From an uncultured virus (IMG/VR IMGVR_UViG_3300021843_000436) (taxonomy: Duplodnaviria > Heunggongvirae > Uroviricota > Caudoviricetes), in the IMG/VR virus record IMGVR_UViG_3300021843_000436: 64,000 nt of DNA. The stretch is one strand, 5' to 3'. Positions 35,878 through 46,344 of this stretch are shown here, in pieces; the first letter of the stretch is position 1; every line of letters begins with the position of its first letter. A program made the translations under genes and the position numbers. The notes beneath the pieces are model-generated. The model saw only the letters and a program-made list of their open reading frames with translations. It had not been told where the DNA came from and did not search any database.

Positions 35878-38493
35878 ATGCCAATTAGGGATCTAACAGT
35901 CCTATTCCAGATCATAGACAGAGCATCAGGAATCCTGGACCCTCTCCTTTCAAAGATGGACTCCATAGATGGCTCTTCCATTGATATGGAGGTGAACCTG
36001 GACCCTGGGCAGGCTTCTGCCCAGGCTGCTATTTTTGAGTCATCTCTTAACAAACTCCAGGATGCAAATGAAAAACTCACTGGTGCCCTGGAAAAGACCA
36101 CAGAGGGAAAGAAGAAAGTAGGCAAAGAAGCAGAAGCTGCTGGCAAAAAGACCAAAGAAGCTGGAGAGGGAGCAAAGCAGGCCAGTGGTCACTTCCAGAC
36201 CCTCCAGAATACTGTGGAAGGAGCCAGTAAAAAATTCAATGATATGAAGTCCCATCTGGATGGGATTAAAACAAAGCTCCTGGCAATTCAGGCAGTTATC
36301 ACTGGCATAGCTGCAGTAGCTGTTATGTCCTCAGCAAAAACTGAGACATTGGTTGAAGAGCTGAATGGCCTGAAAGGTGAACAATTTGCAGCTCCTATTA
36401 TTGAATGGGCAAATGAGGGCAAAGGTGGCAAAGCCTGGACTTCAAAGACTCAGAGGCTGCAGATAGGAGCAGACCTTTCTGAGATGGGTTATAACCCTGA
36501 TGAAGTTAAAAAATATGGCACAGAGATAGAGAAGTACTTCTTCCAGAAGACTGCCATGCTGAAGAGGCAGGGAGTAGGTAATGCAGAAGACCTAGCCCAA
36601 ACAATGGCAGCAGCTGAGAAGACTGGAAACGTCAGATCTGTGGAGAGGCTATTTTCTGCTGGTGCCATTTCTGAGGATAAGCTCTCCAGAGAGACAGAAA
36701 GACTTAGGATGAATTATGAAAAGTTTGCTTTTGCTACTGATGAAGTGGTCAAAAAGCAGGCCATGCATAACCTGATGATGAAGGAGCTGACCAAAACTAA
36801 CAAAGACTTTTCTGGTCAGGCCGTCACACTGGAGCAGAAGCTAGATGTCCTGGGGAATAAATGGGGCAGCCTCCTCTCTGGCATAGGAGATAAACTAAGA
36901 CCTGCAGTCACCATGATTGTAGATGGTCTTATTACTGTTATCGATGTAATTGATTCAATTCCAGGCCACAATGAGATCCTCATCTTCCTGGGCATTCTTA
37001 TCACGATCATAACCACCCTGGTGAGCTGGGTTTTGATCCTGGCCCCTGCTCTGGAATTTCTAGTTTGGGTCCTGGGTGAGTCAGGAGTGGCTGGAGCTGC
37101 AGCTGGCCTGGGTGGTGTTTTAGCTACCCTAGGAGGAGCCCTGGGCTCCATAGCTGGAGTCCTGGGCTCAGTCCTGGCTTCTTTAGCTGGTGTCATAGGA
37201 GCTATTGCTGCCTCACCATTGCTGCCTATCATCGCTGTTATTTTAGCTGTTGCTGCAGCTCTTTATTTGATCTATACCAGGACCACTCTCCTGCAGGATG
37301 GGTTTGCCATGCTGCAGAATTTTGTGGGCAGGGCATTCACTGCTGTCCTGAAGCTCTGGAGCCTGGTCAGTGGAGGAATGAGAGGGAATAAATCAGACCT
37401 CCTGGAGCTGGGTACCTGGATCAGGAATTTCCTGGATGGTCTCATCCCTGGATGGCTTTCAAATTTGTTTGCCCAGGCCCAGTCTATCTATAGAGAAGCT
37501 CTAAAGTGGTTTGACAAAATCATGGGCTGGTGGAATAGTTTCCTTAAGAAAGTTGGGGAAGTCTATGATAAGATAAAGGCCATGCTGGGACTGGGTGGCA
37601 ATGGCCTGGGTCCAGATATGTCCTTGGAGGACGTTAAGAAAAATATGGCAGCCTATGCAGATGATGAAGGCACTGCCAAATTTAAAGATGCCAGCCCTGC
37701 TGTGGTTGAAGCCATTTATAATAAGGTCTTCAAAGGCATTGAGCCCAGTAATCAGGATCTGGCTAACATCCAGGGATATAGAAGATCTCAAGAGCTGGAG
37801 GATTACCTTAACAAACTAAAGAACACTGCCCCAGCTCCCTCCCTACCCCAGCAGGCAGCTGATAAAGCTAAGGCCCCATTTGAGGCAGCTGGAGCTGCAA
37901 TCCAGGAATCTGGTCAGACTTATGTGGATAATTCTGCTCAGACTTACAACGATGTTAAGCAGAAGACTGGATCTGACGCTGCTGCAGGAATGGCTTCCTA
38001 TAATCCACTGGGCTTCTATTCTGATCTGGCTGGAAAAGGTGTCAATTATCTGAAGGGTCTAGCAGGCCAGGGTGAAGAAGAGTCTAAAGATCAGGAAACA
38101 CCCCAGGCTGCTGGTGGTGCCACTATCACGGCAGAGGGTCAGCTGAAGGTCCACAAAAAGGAAGAGGTTATTCCTGCAAAGATAGTTGAAGGCACTGGAA
38201 AGTTGGGCTCTCTCCTGGCTTCTGCACTCAGTTTCATGAATAGCAGGACTGATATTGAGCAGATCATCTCTGAAAAGATGTTTTCTCAAAACGTCAATAA
38301 CAATAACAGAGAGATCTCTCAGGGCTCAGGACCAATAACAGTCCAGGTGACTATCCAGGCCCCTGTCACTGTCCAGATCACCAGAGAAATGGATTTGACT
38401 AAATTAAATATTAATCAGCTTATTGACTGGAGCAAAGTCTCCTATGAGCTGGAAAAAGTTGTCAGGAATACATTCAGACCACAGGAGGGCTAA
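35878..38493 (+). CDS. Tape measure protein
   Basis: FQIIDRAS N-terminus, long helical body, hydrophobic Gly/Ala/Leu segments. Confidence 0.88.
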   Translation: MPIRDLTVLFQIIDRASGILDPLLSKMDSIDGSSIDMEVNLDPGQASAQAAIFESSLNKLQDANEKLTGALEKTTEGKKKVGKEAEAAGKKTKEAGEGAKQASGHFQTLQNTVEGASKKFNDMKSHLDGIKTKLLAIQAVITGIAAVAVMSSAKTETLVEELNGLKGEQFAAPIIEWANEGKGGKAWTSKTQRLQIGADLSEMGYNPDEVKKYGTEIEKYFFQKTAMLKRQGVGNAEDLAQTMAAAEKTGNVRSVERLFSAGAISEDKLSRETERLRMNYEKFAFATDEVVKKQAMHNLMMKELTKTNKDFSGQAVTLEQKLDVLGNKWGSLLSGIGDKLRPAVTMIVDGLITVIDVIDSIPGHNEILIFLGILITIITTLVSWVLILAPALEFLVWVLGESGVAGAAAGLGGVLATLGGALGSIAGVLGSVLASLAGVIGAIAASPLLPIIAVILAVAAALYLIYTRTTLLQDGFAMLQNFVGRAFTAVLKLWSLVSGGMRGNKSDLLELGTWIRNFLDGLIPGWLSNLFAQAQSIYREALKWFDKIMGWWNSFLKKVGEVYDKIKAMLGLGGNGLGPDMSLEDVKKNMAAYADDEGTAKFKDASPAVVEAIYNKVFKGIEPSNQDLANIQGYRRSQELEDYLNKLKNTAPAPSLPQQAADKAKAPFEAAGAAIQESGQTYVDNSAQTYNDVKQKTGSDAAAGMASYNPLGFYSDLAGKGVNYLKGLAGQGEEESKDQETPQAAGGATITAEGQLKVHKKEEVIPAKIVEGTGKLGSLLASALSFMNSRTDIEQIISEKMFSQNVNNNNREISQGSGPITVQVTIQAPVTVQITREMDLTKLNINQLIDWSKVSYELEKVVRNTFRPQEG

Positions 38494-38991
38494 ATGGTCC
38501 TAGAGATTAACTATGATGTGGCTGCTCTCATGGCAGCCCCTGACATCAGTGCTGAGATGGCTAAACAGGCAGGGCAGCAGATGATGCCCTCCCAGGACTA
38601 TCTGGAGACTGAGGAGAACAAAGAAGTTAAGGTCACCATTGATGGGCATGAGTTTAGAGTCAATCCTCAGCAGATGAACTGGTCAAAAGAGTTTAAAATT
38701 AATGAGGATGAGGTGGTCTATGAGCAGGATATCACTCAATGGATGGGAGTGAAAAACAAAAGGCTCAGCATCAACCTGAAGACGTTCACTTCTGATGAGA
38801 AGGAATTTCTCTGGTATTTGGGAGATGATGACGGTCCTAATCCTGGACCTCACCTTATTGAGGCTGCCATTCCTACTGGCTCCATTTGCATGTACCTGAA
38901 GAAATGGAGTGGCCAGCAGGTAGAGGGTGAATCTGATAATATGTGGTATTGGCAGCTAGAATTTTGGGAAGCCAATGAAAATGGGATCTGA
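38494..38991 (+). CDS. Tail tube initiator/baseplate protein (P2 gpU-like)
   Basis: Follows the tape measure gene; FRVNPQQ, QWMG, WQLEFWE. Confidence 0.6.
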   Translation: MVLEINYDVAALMAAPDISAEMAKQAGQQMMPSQDYLETEENKEVKVTIDGHEFRVNPQQMNWSKEFKINEDEVVYEQDITQWMGVKNKRLSINLKTFTSDEKEFLWYLGDDDGPNPGPHLIEAAIPTGSICMYLKKWSGQQVEGESDNMWYWQLEFWEANENGI

Positions 38992-38999
38992 GGTGGACC

Positions 39000-40493
39000 A
39001 TGCCCATTAAACCTAAGATCACCATTAAGGGAGAAGACTGGTCTAAAGTCTTTCTCTCTGTCCACATGGATAGAAATCTGGAAAACCAGGACGCCGACAG
39101 GGCCACTGTTAAGCTGTCTAACCCTTATGGCAAACTCACTGGAAAGTTTGTCAGAGGTGACCTGGTGAAGATGAATATCACCAATATAGTCAGGAAATGC
39201 CCCAAAGTATCCACTGAGTATCCTTATAAAATGTTCACTGGCAATATTTACACCATCCAGGACTCTCCTCTGGGCATCGAAATGGTGGTCACCTGCAGGA
39301 TCTCCAGCCTAAATAAGAACATGCCTAATGGCTTGTTAAACCATGAAGGCTGGGATGTTAAACAATGGGTCACATTTATTATTGATGAGTTTAATAAAAT
39401 AGCATCAGACTGGGAGAAGATAGAGGTAGCTGAGATCTGGGCCAGTGACACGATCATCCAGAAAGATCAGATGACCAATGGAGGAGACATGACCTTCCTG
39501 GATGCAATTGATGCCTGCTGCCAATTCTCAGGAGGGTTTTATTACTTTGATGATGACGATAAATTCCACTTCTGTGATCCATCAAAACCAGCTACCACCA
39601 ATACCATTGACATCACAGCAGTCTCCACAAATCCTGTGGCCTGCTATACTCAGCAGGGTTATCACAATGTTCAGACAGTCATAGGCTCATCTGAGAATGC
39701 CCCTGGTCAGCATCCTTCAGAGCAGGACAAACATGCTCCTGTTATGGCCACTTATGTGTCTCCTGCTGCAGAATCTGGTGAGGAAGCTAAAGTCATAGCT
39801 CCTCCCTTATTCCTGCCCTATATCACCACAGAAGCTGATGCTCTGAAGGTGGCAAAGAACATGGTGGCAAACTTTGCCCAGTATATGAATGCTACCCAGG
39901 ACCTGGAGCTGGTCAATGCTATTATAAAACCCCTGGATCACGTTAAGTATTCCACTGGATTGAGGTATTACAAAGGAAAGCTCTGTAGTAAAATCATCAA
40001 AGTCCCTCCAGAAAAGCAGGCAAAGACTGAGGGCCTGGTAAGAAGAGCAGTATGTGATGTTTCAGTGAAGGGTTGGACCCAAAAGCTAGAGACCTGTGCT
40101 CCTCCATCCCAGACAGAAGAAGACGATACAAAGGGCTCTGAAAACAGTCCTGCAGAAGAGGCTAATGTGGAGACAGCAAAAGCAGAGGTCAAAACCTATG
40201 GCAAACCTCCCTATGGCTGGACTAAAGACGGTTATAATTTCTTCTTTGCTAAGCAGGACATTTATGATCAAATGGAGGTAGAGCTACATGATAGAGGAAT
40301 CCAAGAAGAGCCAAACTCCTGGATGTATGTCAATCCTGAGACCTTTGATCCTACCACTAAACCCAGTACCTGGGACATAGCTAGATACGGACAGGACCAG
40401 GTGCCTCCTGCAGGCTGGAAGATGGTGGAGAGATGGGATTCAAACACAGCTCCTGGAGATATTGATGGGAATGTCAATGCATTCCATTTTTAA
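39000..40493 (+). CDS. Baseplate hub (P2 gpD/Mu gp44-like)
   Basis: ADRATVKLSN, MFTGNI, FYYFDDDDKFHF. Confidence 0.7.
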   Translation: MPIKPKITIKGEDWSKVFLSVHMDRNLENQDADRATVKLSNPYGKLTGKFVRGDLVKMNITNIVRKCPKVSTEYPYKMFTGNIYTIQDSPLGIEMVVTCRISSLNKNMPNGLLNHEGWDVKQWVTFIIDEFNKIASDWEKIEVAEIWASDTIIQKDQMTNGGDMTFLDAIDACCQFSGGFYYFDDDDKFHFCDPSKPATTNTIDITAVSTNPVACYTQQGYHNVQTVIGSSENAPGQHPSEQDKHAPVMATYVSPAAESGEEAKVIAPPLFLPYITTEADALKVAKNMVANFAQYMNATQDLELVNAIIKPLDHVKYSTGLRYYKGKLCSKIIKVPPEKQAKTEGLVRRAVCDVSVKGWTQKLETCAPPSQTEEDDTKGSENSPAEEANVETAKAEVKTYGKPPYGWTKDGYNFFFAKQDIYDQMEVELHDRGIQEEPNSWMYVNPETFDPTTKPSTWDIARYGQDQVPPAGWKMVERWDSNTAPGDIDGNVNAFHF

Positions 40494-40511
40494 ATTTTAT
40501 GGAGGATAATT

Positions 40512-41450
40512 ATGGTTACAATGAAAGAGGCTCTCAGGAATGAAATGAAGAAAGCTCTTTCCATGATCTTGAGGATAGAGACCTGTGAGGTGCTGGATGT
40601 CCAGCTCCACTCCCAGCCTGAAGATCAAAAAGCAAATACAGTGACTATCAGGCTGAGAGACTCCACAAATCTGACTGAATGCACTGAGATCATCAGATAT
40701 AGAGTCCCAGTGCTCTGTGCTTATGTAGGGCATTTGTTTGGCTTTACCTGGAGCCCTGCAGTGGGAGACCTGGTGAAGGTAGTATTCCTTAGCAATGAGA
40801 AAGCCTATGTCATCAGCCCCTATTTTAACCAGGAGCAAAAGCCCATCTGCAGACAGAATCCAGATGATAAGGTCTTCAAGTTCTGCCAGACTCCTGCTGC
40901 AGAATACACTTCAACAAAGTGCCCAAAGATTCAATACATAAAGAAATTTCAAAATCCAGATCATCCTGTCTGCATGAAATATTTTGGAAAGGATAGGAGC
41001 TTCATTATCATCTCTGACTGTCCACTGGGCCATTCTCACCCTGACTGTAATCTTTGCACTGATCTGGAGGATATTGAAAATCATTCAAATTCTGTGAAGT
41101 TTTATCCATCCACCCACCCTCAGCATCCTAACAGAATCAGGGTCTCTCAGAAGAAAGGCCAGACAGTCCAGCTGGAGGATGATGGCTCCATTATGCTGGA
41201 GGATTCAAAGGGTAATTTCCTTTGCCTCCAGGGTGATGCTCAGGAGGGAGGCATTGTAATAAAAGACAGAGCTGGCAGCTTCATAGCCCTCAATGGTAAT
41301 GGCACTTTGACGGTTCATGCATCTCAAAACGGCTCTCATAATTTGAACACTGAGCACTGTGCATGTGGTGGTGGTCATTGTACTCAGGTGAATCCTAACC
41401 CCTATGGATTTGATGACATGGATAAGACGGCAAAGCAGGAGGCTTATTAA
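40512..41450 (+). CDS. Baseplate central spike (gpV-like)
   Basis: OB-fold SPAVGDLVKVVF; beta-helix repeats GQTVQLED/GNFLCL/GSFIAL; His/Cys-rich tip. Confidence 0.75.
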   Translation: MVTMKEALRNEMKKALSMILRIETCEVLDVQLHSQPEDQKANTVTIRLRDSTNLTECTEIIRYRVPVLCAYVGHLFGFTWSPAVGDLVKVVFLSNEKAYVISPYFNQEQKPICRQNPDDKVFKFCQTPAAEYTSTKCPKIQYIKKFQNPDHPVCMKYFGKDRSFIIISDCPLGHSHPDCNLCTDLEDIENHSNSVKFYPSTHPQHPNRIRVSQKKGQTVQLEDDGSIMLEDSKGNFLCLQGDAQEGGIVIKDRAGSFIALNGNGTLTVHASQNGSHNLNTEHCACGGGHCTQVNPNPYGFDDMDKTAKQEAY

Positions 41451-41451
41451 G

Positions 41452-41913
41452 ATGGGTGGTGGAGATCTACTGACTAATATTAATTTTGGCCCTGGCAGGA
41501 CTATCTGCCACAGGGCTCTGGATTTAATCCTCACTCCTAATGGAGATCTGGCTCTCACTCCTGACGATGACACCAGAATCCTGCAGAGCTTCATGCTCTA
41601 TCTCTTTACTGCAAAGGGTGAGAGGACAGATAAAACGGTGGGCTGTGCCCTTACCACTATCCTGCATAAGAAGCTCACTGCTAACACCCTCAATGAAGCA
41701 GAGAAAAGTGTCCAGGAGGATCTGAAGAGGCTCTTCCCAGATCAAGGCAGAATCATGGTCAAAGCCAGAAAGGTGGTCAGTGAGAATAATAATTCAGTGC
41801 TAATAAAAATTTTCATGGCTGGAAAGATTTATAGCATAGCTGTGAACCTAGAAGAATTGCTAAGATCATCTACTCTGGCAGCATCTTTGAAGCAGCCACT
41901 CCAGGAGGTCTGA
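41452..41913 (+). CDS. Baseplate wedge subunit (gp25/Mu gp46-like)
   Basis: DLILTPNGDLAL, LFTAKGER...VGC (ORF track start 41404; ATG 41452 preferred). Confidence 0.7.
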   Translation: MGGGDLLTNINFGPGRTICHRALDLILTPNGDLALTPDDDTRILQSFMLYLFTAKGERTDKTVGCALTTILHKKLTANTLNEAEKSVQEDLKRLFPDQGRIMVKARKVVSENNNSVLIKIFMAGKIYSIAVNLEELLRSSTLAASLKQPLQEV

Positions 41914-41914
41914 A

Positions 41915-43363
41915 ATGTCTTTTGAGTCAGTTAGAACAATTAAAACGATAAAAGAAGAAATGAAGACCTATCAAATGGCCAGGCATTCAGGATTGAGGGC
42001 CTATGAAGAGACTTCAGTCCTGACCACCATGAATGAAGCTATGGCCAAAGAGATCCAGGGGCTGGAGATCAAAGGGCAGGAGTCAGAGATAGACAGAGAC
42101 ATCTATAGAGCCACTGGAGATAAACTGGAGTACCTGGTAAAAGACAGGCTGCCTGCAGGCAGGCTCCCTGGAGCTAAAGCAGTAGGCCAGATTCAATTTA
42201 GCAGAAACACTCCAGCACTTAGAGAATACATTATCCCTGCTGGGACCCTGGTCTATGCCCCTGGAGTCATAGAAGTAGTGGTCTTTGAGACCACTGTAGA
42301 AGCAAAGATCTCCATAGGAGACCAGTCCATTCTGGTGCCTGCAGTAGCTCAAGAGGCTAGCCTCCTGGGGAATGTGGACTCTTTCTCAGTGACTGTCATT
42401 CCCAGGCCACCAGCAGGGGTAGAGAGAGTCACAAACCCGCTCCCATTTGCTGGAGGCACTGATCCTGAAGATGATGACTCTCTCAGGCTCAGATATCTCC
42501 TGGCTACCAGTTTGAACGGCAAAGCTACAAAGCAGATGCTAGAGGAGCATTTAATAGCACTGACTGATGATAATGGAGATCCTCTGGTGAGAGAGGCCCA
42601 AACATTCCCTGCAGGCCCTGGTGAGCTGGTCATCATCCTGGATGCCACAGAGCAGACAGAAATGCCCCAGGCCATAGTGGACTGCATTAAAGAAAATATT
42701 GCCATTGGACCTGTGGCCAGAGGACTCTATGCAGCCCATTTTGATGGTGAAACAATAGAGCCAAACCTGGGCACCTCCAGAGGTGGGAAGCTTTTCCTTA
42801 GATCCAGGTCAAACTTCATCAACTCTTATGAGGTCACCATCTACTATCACGATCAGCTATATAGAGACAGGACCACTGTGGCTGTCACTCCTCAGGTCTT
42901 CTTAAAAGGAGATGTCATGGAGGTGGACCTCCAGGATGCCAGTGACCTGGTGACAGTAATCACTGGAGGTATTAACCCAGCCCCTGGAGAATTTGATCTC
43001 CTGGTAGGTTATGGAGAGTATCCCTATTTGTATAATCTACCTGAAAAAGTGGCAATAGATACTTATCTCCAGATCTATTTCACTGCCACCCCAGAGGCAG
43101 GATTACTTGATAAGATTAAAGAATCCATCAGGCACTTCCTAGATTCCTTCAAGATAGGAGAGAGATTTGAGTACTCAGATCTATACACTGCTGTCCTAAT
43201 TGACCATGCCACTGGAGTGCCTTTTATTGGCATTCAAGAGATTAAATATCTCAAGGCCCAGGGCAAAGGTCAAAACTGTGATGCCAATGGACAGAGAATC
43301 CTTCTGGATAACGATGAAAGAATAGACCCTGGTGTGATTACGATTGAAGTAATGGAGGAATAA
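41915..43363 (+). CDS. Baseplate J protein
   Basis: ATGDKLE, IPAGT, VTNP..FAGGTDPEDDDSLRLR. Confidence 0.92.
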   Translation: MSFESVRTIKTIKEEMKTYQMARHSGLRAYEETSVLTTMNEAMAKEIQGLEIKGQESEIDRDIYRATGDKLEYLVKDRLPAGRLPGAKAVGQIQFSRNTPALREYIIPAGTLVYAPGVIEVVVFETTVEAKISIGDQSILVPAVAQEASLLGNVDSFSVTVIPRPPAGVERVTNPLPFAGGTDPEDDDSLRLRYLLATSLNGKATKQMLEEHLIALTDDNGDPLVREAQTFPAGPGELVIILDATEQTEMPQAIVDCIKENIAIGPVARGLYAAHFDGETIEPNLGTSRGGKLFLRSRSNFINSYEVTIYYHDQLYRDRTTVAVTPQVFLKGDVMEVDLQDASDLVTVITGGINPAPGEFDLLVGYGEYPYLYNLPEKVAIDTYLQIYFTATPEAGLLDKIKESIRHFLDSFKIGERFEYSDLYTAVLIDHATGVPFIGIQEIKYLKAQGKGQNCDANGQRILLDNDERIDPGVITIEVMEE

Positions 43364-43367
43364 AATT

Positions 43368-43751
43368 ATGGCAGATGAAGAAGTTAAGACAGAACCAACA
43401 ACATCAGACGATGACTCGATTCCTGAAGATCCCAACAGAGTGGTAAGTGATAAGGACACTGTGCTGAAGAGCTTTGGCATGGCCATAGTCAGTCTGATAT
43501 CCAAGAGATTCACCCTGGCTGAGGAGATCCTCCTGGCCACTGTAGCCCTGGCTTTTGCCATCATCTTCATGGTACCTGATAGCAGAGTCCAGATAGCAAT
43601 GCCCATCTTTACCTTCATAGGAGGTTTTGCTTCTGCTGCAGTCATGTTCTACCTGGGTAACCATAACCAGGCAGTCCAGGCCAGCCTGCAGGCTCAGCTG
43701 GAAGAGCTGAAGGCAGCCCAGATTGTCCAGGCTTCCCAGCCTCAAAAGTGA
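43368..43751 (+). CDS. Two-TM membrane protein, holin-like
   Basis: Two hydrophobic segments ending AVMFYLG; last gene of the structural operon. Confidence 0.55.
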   Translation: MADEEVKTEPTTSDDDSIPEDPNRVVSDKDTVLKSFGMAIVSLISKRFTLAEEILLATVALAFAIIFMVPDSRVQIAMPIFTFIGGFASAAVMFYLGNHNQAVQASLQAQLEELKAAQIVQASQPQK

Positions 43752-43791
43752 AGGCTGGTATTCACTCTTTTTCCATAGTAATCATTAAATA

Positions 43792-43806
43792 CCATAGTCA
43801 ATATGG
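43792..43806. promoter_or_regulatory. CCATA-N5-TATGG operator, copy 4, directly after TTAAATA
   Basis: TTAAATA-CCATAGTCAATATGG upstream of thyA. Confidence 0.72.
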
Positions 43807-43836
43807 CCATCATGTTAAAGCAAACCTTTGGAGGCC

Positions 43837-44547
43837 ATGACAGGGTATTTAGTTAAAGCTCAAAATTTGTCTCAAGCCTGGGAGGAGGGCCTTAGACTGA
43901 TATGGGATCAGGGAGACTTTGTGGGAGATCAAAGAGGCTCAGACACTATGGAGCTGCTGAGCCTGATGACGGTGATCCCTTATGGAAAAATCAATCTCCC
44001 TAAGCTCTATCCTCATAAAGAAAGAGCCTTGAAGGATTACAGGGAGCAACTATGTCATCCAGATTTATCCACTGGATTCATATACACCTATGGAAATAGA
44101 ACCCAAGCATGGGGCCATGAAGCTGGCACCCCTGTTAATCAGATTGATTATGCCATTAAGCAGCTGAGAGAAAGTCCATCCAGCAGAAGGGCAGTGGCCA
44201 GCACATGGCTTCCCACATTCGACTGCATGAGATCTGAAGTCCCATGCATGATGGTGGTCCAGTTTATTCTCAGACATTCAGATCTAACCCTAGACGTTTT
44301 CTTCAGAAGCCATGACTTTTATGGGGCCTATCCAGCCAATGTCTATGGGCTCTTTGGCCTCCTGGAAATGGTGGCAGATAAGCTATACGCAAAGCCTAAG
44401 GAAATTTGTGCTATTTCAGCCTCAGCTCATGTCTATGATTGGGACTGGCCATTATGGGCCAGAGTCCTGGGTGAGGAAGAGCTGCCTCCAGTTTGCGTCC
44501 AGGCTGGAATGAGTCTGGCAAATCTAAGGGAGGCTGCTATAGCATGA
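43837..44547 (+). CDS. thyA: Thymidylate synthase, methanogen-type
   Basis: FIYTYGNR, SRRAV, VPC (catalytic Cys), FRSHD..GAYPAN, SAHVY. Confidence 0.88.
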   Translation: MTGYLVKAQNLSQAWEEGLRLIWDQGDFVGDQRGSDTMELLSLMTVIPYGKINLPKLYPHKERALKDYREQLCHPDLSTGFIYTYGNRTQAWGHEAGTPVNQIDYAIKQLRESPSSRRAVASTWLPTFDCMRSEVPCMMVVQFILRHSDLTLDVFFRSHDFYGAYPANVYGLFGLLEMVADKLYAKPKEICAISASAHVYDWDWPLWARVLGEEELPPVCVQAGMSLANLREAAIA

Positions 44548-45026
44548 AATCAACCCAGAACACTTTTGAGTGGGATATGGTCCAGGCCCTGAACGTATTC
44601 TTAAAGACAGGGGCCAGGACTGGCAAAGCTTACAGATTGAAACAAACCAGATACCAGAGCCAATTTTTAGACATCCTGGTAGATTCTGCAGAGTCCAGGT
44701 ACTACCTGGGCATTGAATGCAAATCCATAAATGCAGTTAAATATAAAAAGCTCTATTTTGCCACCTACTTCAGCCAGGCTGGAGGAATCCATCAGCTGGA
44801 CAGGATCTCCAAATTTCTGCAGGAAACGGGCAGAAAGGGCTTCCTGGCAGTAGAAATGAGGAATGGCACAGGAAAGAAGAGAGAAGCCTATCTTCTGCCT
44901 TTCAAATGGGTCTATGAGCAGTTTAAGTCTGGGGTGAATGGGCTCTCCACAGAGGATGTTAGAAAAATAGGGATCAAGCTCCTCAGAACAAAGGGAGCTT
45001 ATGAATTTAAAGAGGGCATGATTTAG
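44544..45026 (+). CDS. Holliday junction resolvase-like PD-(D/E)xK nuclease
   Basis: FEWDMV, DILVDS, GIECKS; ATGA-coupled to thyA. Confidence 0.75.
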   Translation: MKSTQNTFEWDMVQALNVFLKTGARTGKAYRLKQTRYQSQFLDILVDSAESRYYLGIECKSINAVKYKKLYFATYFSQAGGIHQLDRISKFLQETGRKGFLAVEMRNGTGKKREAYLLPFKWVYEQFKSGVNGLSTEDVRKIGIKLLRTKGAYEFKEGMI

Positions 45027-45031
45027 CCCTC

Positions 45032-46057
45032 TTAACATTCATTTGGATCATAAACACAATCAAGAGGATTTTTATCATCCCTAAACTGGACAAACCTGGG
45101 ATGCCTGAATTTTCCTGAATCCAATCTTTGCTGGGCTTCGACAATGAAAACCCTGCCTATATAGCCCACTCTGTTTGCACTGATCTCTTCTCTGAGTGCA
45201 TCATCAAATCCAGAGCATTGGCCAAATTCCACCAGCTCACCCTCCCAGTATTGACCAAATTTGATGGAGCCTATCTGCCCTTTGTATTTGGTCTCAGAGA
45301 CAGATCCATCCACCTTCTGAGAGGTCTCCTTTGCATCCTCATAACCCATGACTATCACATCATGGGTCTCCTGCCTCTTCACTTTGACCCAGTTCTTCTT
45401 CTCACCGTAGAGGCCCATCTTATTCTTCAGGATGCCTCCCTCTCCACCATCATCAAAGATCTGAGCCAGAGCCTCCTCTTTATCCTCTTCCCAGACTGGT
45501 GCCAGGGTGAAATATTGACCAAAGTCATGAGCAAAGACCTCCTCCAGGATCTTCCTCCTGGCCAGATAGGGCTGAGTCCTGATGTCTTGACCATTCCAGA
45601 AAAGGATGTCAAAGACTTTATATTTAGCCCAGCCATTCTTCTCCTGCAGCTCCCAGGCCCTCTCTGGCTTTGATCCTGTGACCTCCTGGGCATTCATGCT
45701 ATTCTCTCCTAGGAGAAGCTCTCCATCAAATATGCAGCCCTGAATGGCCTCATAGAGATGTTCTTCTTCAGGGATCTGGCCCAGTAGGGAAAGCTGTGGG
45801 AAGTTCAAAGATTTATCAGTGAAAAGCTGGGTTTTCTTTGAGATGTGCCTGCTGGTGATCCTATTCTGACCCTGCAGTACATGAAGTAGCTCCCTGATCC
45901 CATCATATTTGGGCTCCAGGACCCAGCGGTCTCCCTTCCCTTTGCATGAGAGCAGCTCAGGTTTAAAGCTGCCCCTGGCCTCTGCTGGTTTGATCTGCCT
46001 GACTATAGGCCCATCTAGGAATTGGGCTGTCTTTTGAGCTGCGATTGTCTCTAACAC
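45032..46057 (-). CDS. ATP-dependent DNA ligase
   Basis: EPKYDGIR, DGEL, FDIL, EGGILK, WVKVK, FRHPRF..R.DK. Confidence 0.93.
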   Translation of the reverse strand: MLETIAAQKTAQFLDGPIVRQIKPAEARGSFKPELLSCKGKGDRWVLEPKYDGIRELLHVLQGQNRITSRHISKKTQLFTDKSLNFPQLSLLGQIPEEEHLYEAIQGCIFDGELLLGENSMNAQEVTGSKPERAWELQEKNGWAKYKVFDILFWNGQDIRTQPYLARRKILEEVFAHDFGQYFTLAPVWEEDKEEALAQIFDDGGEGGILKNKMGLYGEKKNWVKVKRQETHDVIVMGYEDAKETSQKVDGSVSETKYKGQIGSIKFGQYWEGELVEFGQCSGFDDALREEISANRVGYIGRVFIVEAQQRLDSGKFRHPRFVQFRDDKNPLDCVYDPNEC

Positions 46058-46344
46058 GCTATGCCCTCCAGGTTTGCCCAGGCTTCCTGCTCTTTGGCTT
46101 TCATCTCCTCTCCCATCCTCTGCAATTCAGCCTGGATAGGCTCATAAAAGGCTGAGGCCATTCCCACTGGGGCTATAGTGGCATAGACCACCTTAGGGAC
46201 TCTGAATCTCTCAAAGAATTTGCAGGAATGGCACCACATCTGATATTCAATATAATATGTAGTTTCTATCCTCCTTTGCTGATTTATTATGCTGCAATTT
46301 GGGCAAACCTTCTGAGAGCCATAAGTGAGCCGAACCTCCTCCAT
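46051..46344 (-). CDS. Zinc-finger hypothetical protein
   Basis: CPNC...CHSC. Confidence 0.6.
   Translation of the reverse strand: MEEVRLTYGSQKVCPNCSIINQQRRIETTYYIEYQMWCHSCKFFERFRVPKVVYATIAPVGMASAFYEPIQAELQRMGEEMKAKEQEAWANLEGIAC

Noticed and set aside
43837..44547. dCMP hydroxymethylase/methylase explaining the CG loss
   Set aside because: The specificity position reads GAYPAN (Asn, dUMP-type) rather than Asp, and no glycosyltransferase or other hypermodification gene is adjacent.
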